DNA from: the human T2T-CHM13v2.0 reference genome, Homo sapiens | Direction: 5' to 3' | Length of the DNA: 64,000 bases | Assembly: GCA_009914755.4 (NCBI GenBank) | Contig: CP068257.2 | Location: forward strand, 38,848,001-38,912,000 | Part shown: piece by piece, positions 58,958-64,000 of the stretch | Numbering within the stretch: position 1 is the first letter of the stretch | Layout: every line of letters starts with the position of its first letter | The notes under the pieces: generated by a model | Seen by the model: the letters and a program-made list of their open reading frames with translations, nothing else | The model's database searches: none | What the model was told of the DNA's origin: nothing | Position numbers and translations under genes: made by a program

Positions 58958-59400
58958 TGCCCATATATATATATAATATATATATAATATATTATATATT
59001 ATATATATATTATATATAATATATATATTATATATTATATATATTATATATAATTATATATATATAATATATATATTATATATTATATATATTATATAAT
59101 TATATATATTATATATTATATAATTATATATATTATATTATATATATTATATAATTATATATATTATATAATTATATATATTATATTATATATATTATAT
59201 ATATTATATATATTATGTAATATATATTATATTATATATATTATATATATTATATATATTATGTAATATATATTATATATATTATATATATTATATAAAT
59301 TATATATATTATATATTATATATAATATATATAATATATATTTTATATATATATTATATATTATATATATAATATATATAATATATATTTTATATATATA
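58958..59400. repeat. Pure A+T minisatellite-like repeat ((TATATAATA)/(TATATTATATA)-type units), about 440 bp
   Basis: No G or C over about 440 bp apart from a few 'g' in 'tatgtaata'; degenerate units of about 9-13 bp. Confidence 0.95.
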
Positions 59401-59575
59401 TATGTACACACACATATACACACACACATATATACATACACACACATATACACACACACATATATACATACACACACATATATATACATACACACACATA
59501 TATACATGTATATATGTGTATATATATGTGTATGTGTGTGTATGTATATATATGTATATATATATACACACACAC
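59400..59575. repeat. (CA/TA)n to (TG/TA)n mirror-like simple repeat
   Basis: 'atgtacacacacatatacacacacacatatatacatacacacac...' switches to 'catgtatatatgtgtatatatatgtgtatgtgtgtgtatgtatatatatg'. Confidence 0.9.
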
Positions 59576-60682
59576 CACCTAAAACCTTAAAATTTTACTT
59601 CATTGAGTTATAGGAAGAACATCCATCCATCATGATACAACTGTGCATGGCTTAACAGTGGGATATGTTCTGATAAGTATGTCATTAGGCAATTTCATTA
59701 TCATGCAAACACCACAGAGTGTGCTTAATGCAAACCTAGATGGCATAACCTACTACACACCTAGGCTTTACTGTGTAGCCTATTGCTCCTAAGCTACTAA
59801 CCCATACAGCATGTTACTGCATAAATATTGTAGGTAATTGGAACATAATGTTAAGTACTTCATTTCTAAATATACCAAGCATAAAAGTGGTACAATAAAA
59901 TGCGGTATTATAATCTTATGGGACTACTGTCATACATGTAGTCCGATGTTGACTGAAATGTCACTATGTGGTACATAACTGTATTTATGAATCTGGTAAT
60001 TCAAGAAAATGTCCAGATAGCCCTTTATTTTACTCTTCCTAGGCATGTGTAAATATATGACGGTGAGTGTTATGTGTGAGCTTGGCTAGGCTGTAATAAT
60101 ACCCAGTTATTTCATCAAACACGAATCTGGGTATTGCTGTGAAGGTGTTTTGTAGATATGGTTAACATCTACAATCCAGTCAATTGAGAACCTTATGAAA
60201 AAAAGTCTCAGTGCTATGGTCTGAATTATTGTATCTGCCCAAAATTTGTGTTGAAATTCTTACCCACAAGGTAATGGTATTAGGAGGTGGGGATTTGAGA
60301 GCCCTCATGAACGGTATTGTGCACTCTTAAAAGACACCTGAGAGAGACCCCTTGCCCCTTTGGCCATCTGAGGATAAAGCAAGAAGGCGCTGTCTATGAA
60401 CCAGGGAGTGGGTCCTCAACAGATACTGGATGTGCTGGTGCCTTATTCTTGGATTTTTCAGCCTCCAGTAGTGTGAGGAAGAAATTTCTATTGTTTACAA
60501 GCCACCCAGTTTATGGTATTTTTGCTGTGACAGCCCAAATAGACTAAGACACCCAGAGGAGAAATTGTGACTCAAGACCATAACATAAAAATAGAAATCA
60601 TTCTTGAGCTTCCAGCCTCTTGCTTTGCCCTACAGATTACAGACATGCCAGCTCGACAATTGTGTGGGCCAATTTCTTTAAG

Positions 60683-60742
60683 TCTCTGTCTCTCTCACTC
60701 TCTCTCTCTCTCTGTGTGTGTGTATGCGTGTGTGTGTGTGTC
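60683..60742. repeat. (CT)n-(GT)n compound microsatellite
   Basis: 'tctctgtctctctcactctctctctctctctgtgtgtgtgtatgcgtgtgtgtgtgtgtcc'. Confidence 0.9.
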
Positions 60743-61388
60743 CATACACATATAAAATACCCTGTTGATTATTGGTTCTAGGTAACTTGAATCACTAGGG
60801 TAGTTTAAATCAAATCATAAAACACATGACCTTCCTTCTTATAACATTCTAGACTCTAAAATTTGTTGCCCCTGACTCTTAATATAAGCACATATTTATA
60901 TTATTTCAGATCTTGCATCTATTAGAAGGCATTTAACAACTCTAAATGAATATGTTTCCTTAATGACATAATTCATTTGCCCTAAATTATATGTGAAGTA
61001 GATTAGCTTGCAATAGTGGAATAAATTGCTCCTAGAATAAATTCTAGGAGCCATAAAACTACAAACTTCCAGTTGAATTTTGGTGGTATACTTACTTGCT
61101 CTCATTCTAGAGGCACACAGGTCAGTAGTTATACCTTACTTTAAATACCATCTTTCTTCAAGAGAAAATAATTCTCTGCAATAATTATAGCAAGTCAGTT
61201 AAGAGGAGCAGGATTCAATGCAATGCTATTATCTTCCAGAAAATATGCTTTTCATGAAAGTATTTCAAAATCAAAGATTGCTGTCAACAATTTAAATGCA
61301 TTAAATATTTTTATATTTTATAGATTCTTGAGGAGGAAATAAAACACAAACACTAACGTGAGAATGGATGAAAAGTTATGTAGTGTGT

Positions 61389-61770
<382 letters not shown>

Positions 61771-61939
61771 TTAAATGGCCTTTGCTTGTTTGCTTAAAAA
61801 TATCACATGTACCCTGTAAGTATGTACAAATATTATGTATTGCTAAAAATTTAAAAATACTTTCATAGATTCTAATAAAATAAAATTTCAAACAACTTAA
61901 AAGCACTCTTTCTGTGTTTTACAATAATTCAAGAATCCC

Positions 61940-62975
61940 TACTGTATGTAGAACAGTGTTTCTCAACCGGGGTCATTTTTGACCTTCTGATGACATTTGG
62001 TAATGCCTGGAGACATTCTTTGTTGTCACAACTGGGAGTGAGAGGGTGGGTGGTACTGACATCTAGTGGGTGGAGGCCAGGGATAATGCTAAACATCTTA
62101 AAATACACAGGACATTTCCTTTGGATGTACACTCAGGAGTGAAAGTACTGGATCATATGGTAGGTCCACTTTTAGTTTTTTGAGAAACCGCTATACTTTT
62201 TTCCGTAATGGCTTTACTAATTTTTATTCCCACCCACAGTGTGTAAGGGTTTCCTTTCTCCACATCCTCAGCAACCCTTGTTATCTTATTATATCTTTTG
62301 GATAATAGCCATTCTAACTGAAGTGAGGTGATACCTCATTGTGGTTTGGATTTGCATTTATCTGATGATTAGTGATGCTGAGAATGTTTTCATATACCTG
62401 TTGTCCATTTGTATATCTTCTTTTTAATTTTTTTTGCTGTCTTTTTGCTGTTGACCTGTTTGAGTTCCTTATGTATTCTGAATATTAACCCCTCAAATAC
62501 CACGTTTTCACTCATATGTGAAATCTAAAGTCAATCTTATAAAAATAGTGAATAGAATGGGGTAAGGAGTAGGAATAGGGAGATGGGGAGTGGAGGGTCA
62601 ATGGGTACAAAGTTAACGATGAGAAAGGAGAAGTGCTGGCGTTCTGTTGCACAGTCTGGCAACTACAGTCAACAACAAGGTACGCACATCTCAAAATAGC
62701 TGTCATAGAGGATTTTGTATGTTCCCCAGAAAGAAATGATAAATGTCTGAGGTGATGGATATGCTAATTATCCTGATTTGATCATTAAACAACGTATACA
62801 CGTTTCAAAACATTACGTTGTGCCCCATAAATAGGTACAATAATTGTGTGTCAATTAAACTTTTTAAAAAATATATTTAAAAATGCATAGGACAGTTCGC
62901 CACTCCCTCCCCGAGAAAAAGAATTATTTTGCCCAAAATGTCAATGGGTTGAGGTTGAGAAACTCTGCTATAGAA
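61940..62975. mobile_element. MER-type (hAT-like) DNA-transposon MITE split by a nested L1 fragment
   Basis: Left arm about 61940-62160 'cagtgtttctcaaccggggtcatttttgacc...ggtaatgcctggagacattctttgttgtcacaactgggag...ggtactgacatctagtgggtggaggccagggataatgctaaacatc'. Right arm about 62880-62975 '...ggacagttcgccactccctccccgagaaaaagaattattttgcccaaaatgtcaatgggttgaggttgagaaactctg'. Terminal inverted repeats 'cagtgtttctcaacc' / 'ggttgagaaactctg'. Confidence 0.5.
62290..62880 (+). mobile_element. L1 (L1M-like) fragment with internal deletion, nested in the MITE
   Basis: 'ccattctaactgaagtgaggtgatacctcattgtggtttggatttgcatttatctgatgattagtgatgctgagaatgttttcatatacctgttgtccatttgtatatcttc' is an L1 body motif. 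It joins to an L1M-type 3' end ('...tagtgaatagaatggggtaaggagtagg...caatgggtacaaagttaacg...cagtctggcaactacagtcaacaacaa...gtgccccataaatag..acaataattgtgtgtcaattaaac'). Confidence 0.6.
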
Positions 62976-64000
62976 CAAAGCTAGGCATAAGGTATGTGTT
63001 TCCCATTGGCATGTGCCGTATTAAGGAGTGAGATAGAAATCTTTATTAAAGTAAGGCCAATATAAGCAGTTAGTAGACAGAAACCCAGTACAAACTCAGA
63101 GTAAATGGTGTTGTTCTCCTTAGGAGAAGAGCTAAGCAAACAAAGCCCATTTCAGCTCAGTTACCATGTGCTGACACAAATCCACAACAAGGGATAATAG
63201 CAAAGCAATTCGTTCCACTTGATTATAGTTCATTTTGCTCAACAGGAAAGTCAGATTTGATGTTCATGATCATCAGGCATAAATCCTACAAAATGTATTT
63301 AATAAGAATGCAATGTATTTTTAACTGCCTTCATTAATTTGATTGTCCCCCCTTTAAAACAATAAATAATGACTAAATCTAGGTCACGTTTTCTCTTTGG
63401 GCCTTGGCTCCTCAGTTTCAAAAGTGGAGAGTTCTACTCTGTGAGTCCTTTAGTTCATGAATCCTTGCTGATGCAGGATACATATTTTTTTCCTTGAAAG
63501 GGAAACAGAATTGATCAGCTGATAGGTGTGATCGTCATGAGCAAAACAAACTTCGCTTTAAGAAGTTATCAAATCTCTGTATCTAAAGAGAATTTTCGTC
63601 AAGAGTTTTCGAGATTCAGATGCCAAATCTTCCTGTTTCCATTCGCAACTCCATCAACTCTATCTTGCCACCTTGCTGCCCAGAGTTGAAAGCAGCCTGG
63701 TACTCAGGGCAGGGAAGGCAGAAGCACATGTAATTGTCACATGCGGTAGGAATCAATAATCGACAACATAATGACATTCAATGAACAATTTACACTGAAG
63801 GTAAATAAATTGTTGATTTCATGTTTCGCTTACACATAGTGCAAAGAGCTCTTCACCACGGCTCTGGTGATGAAGGCTTTGTATTTATTAATTTTGTTGA
63901 CCTTGGAGAAATAACTTTACTCCTCTATTGGAGTTTCCTATTGAGTAATGCTGGCAGACACCTAGACACTTCATAATTTTAAAAAATGCATACTTTCTAA

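Noticed and set aside
59227-59590. Several 60-114 aa ORFs on both strands
   Set aside because: They fall inside the AT-only and CA/TG repeats and so are low-complexity artefacts.

Overview
This window is not prokaryotic. It is primate, almost certainly human, nuclear genomic DNA that is AT-rich and dense with retroelements, consistent with a gene-poor intergenic or intronic region. I can support the following directly from the sequence:
- 17 Alu SINEs. Several are young AluY-like copies with intact poly-A tails and target-site duplications (TSDs).
- One roughly 5.4 kb 5'-truncated L1 LINE carrying ORF1-like and ORF2-like sequence, with a nested Alu, plus several L1 fragments, one of which has a clear TSD.
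- THE1/MST-type and MLT1-type MaLR solo LTRs, MIR SINE fragments, and MER-type DNA-transposon remnants.
- Many simple repeats: (TA)n, compound (CT)n(GT)n(GA)n, purine-rich GGAA/GA tracts, and long AT-only and CA/TA blocks, some with higher-order periodicity.

I cannot support any protein-coding gene, rRNA/tRNA gene or CRISPR array. Most listed six-frame ORFs lie inside Alu, L1, LTR or microsatellite sequence (all of the longest ones do) and several begin on non-ATG codons rendered as M, so they are rejected. The suggestion that the window holds a novel biological system is not borne out. The observations worth a second look are:
- possibly polymorphic young Alu insertions;
- a 92-bp tandem duplication;
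- a split, nested transposon structure;
- structure-prone repeat tracts (Z-DNA, H-DNA or cruciform forming);
- closely spaced inverted Alu pairs;
- a few small CpG-retaining or splice-site-flanked blocks that could be unannotated non-coding exons.

All coordinates were counted by hand and are approximate to within a few bp.
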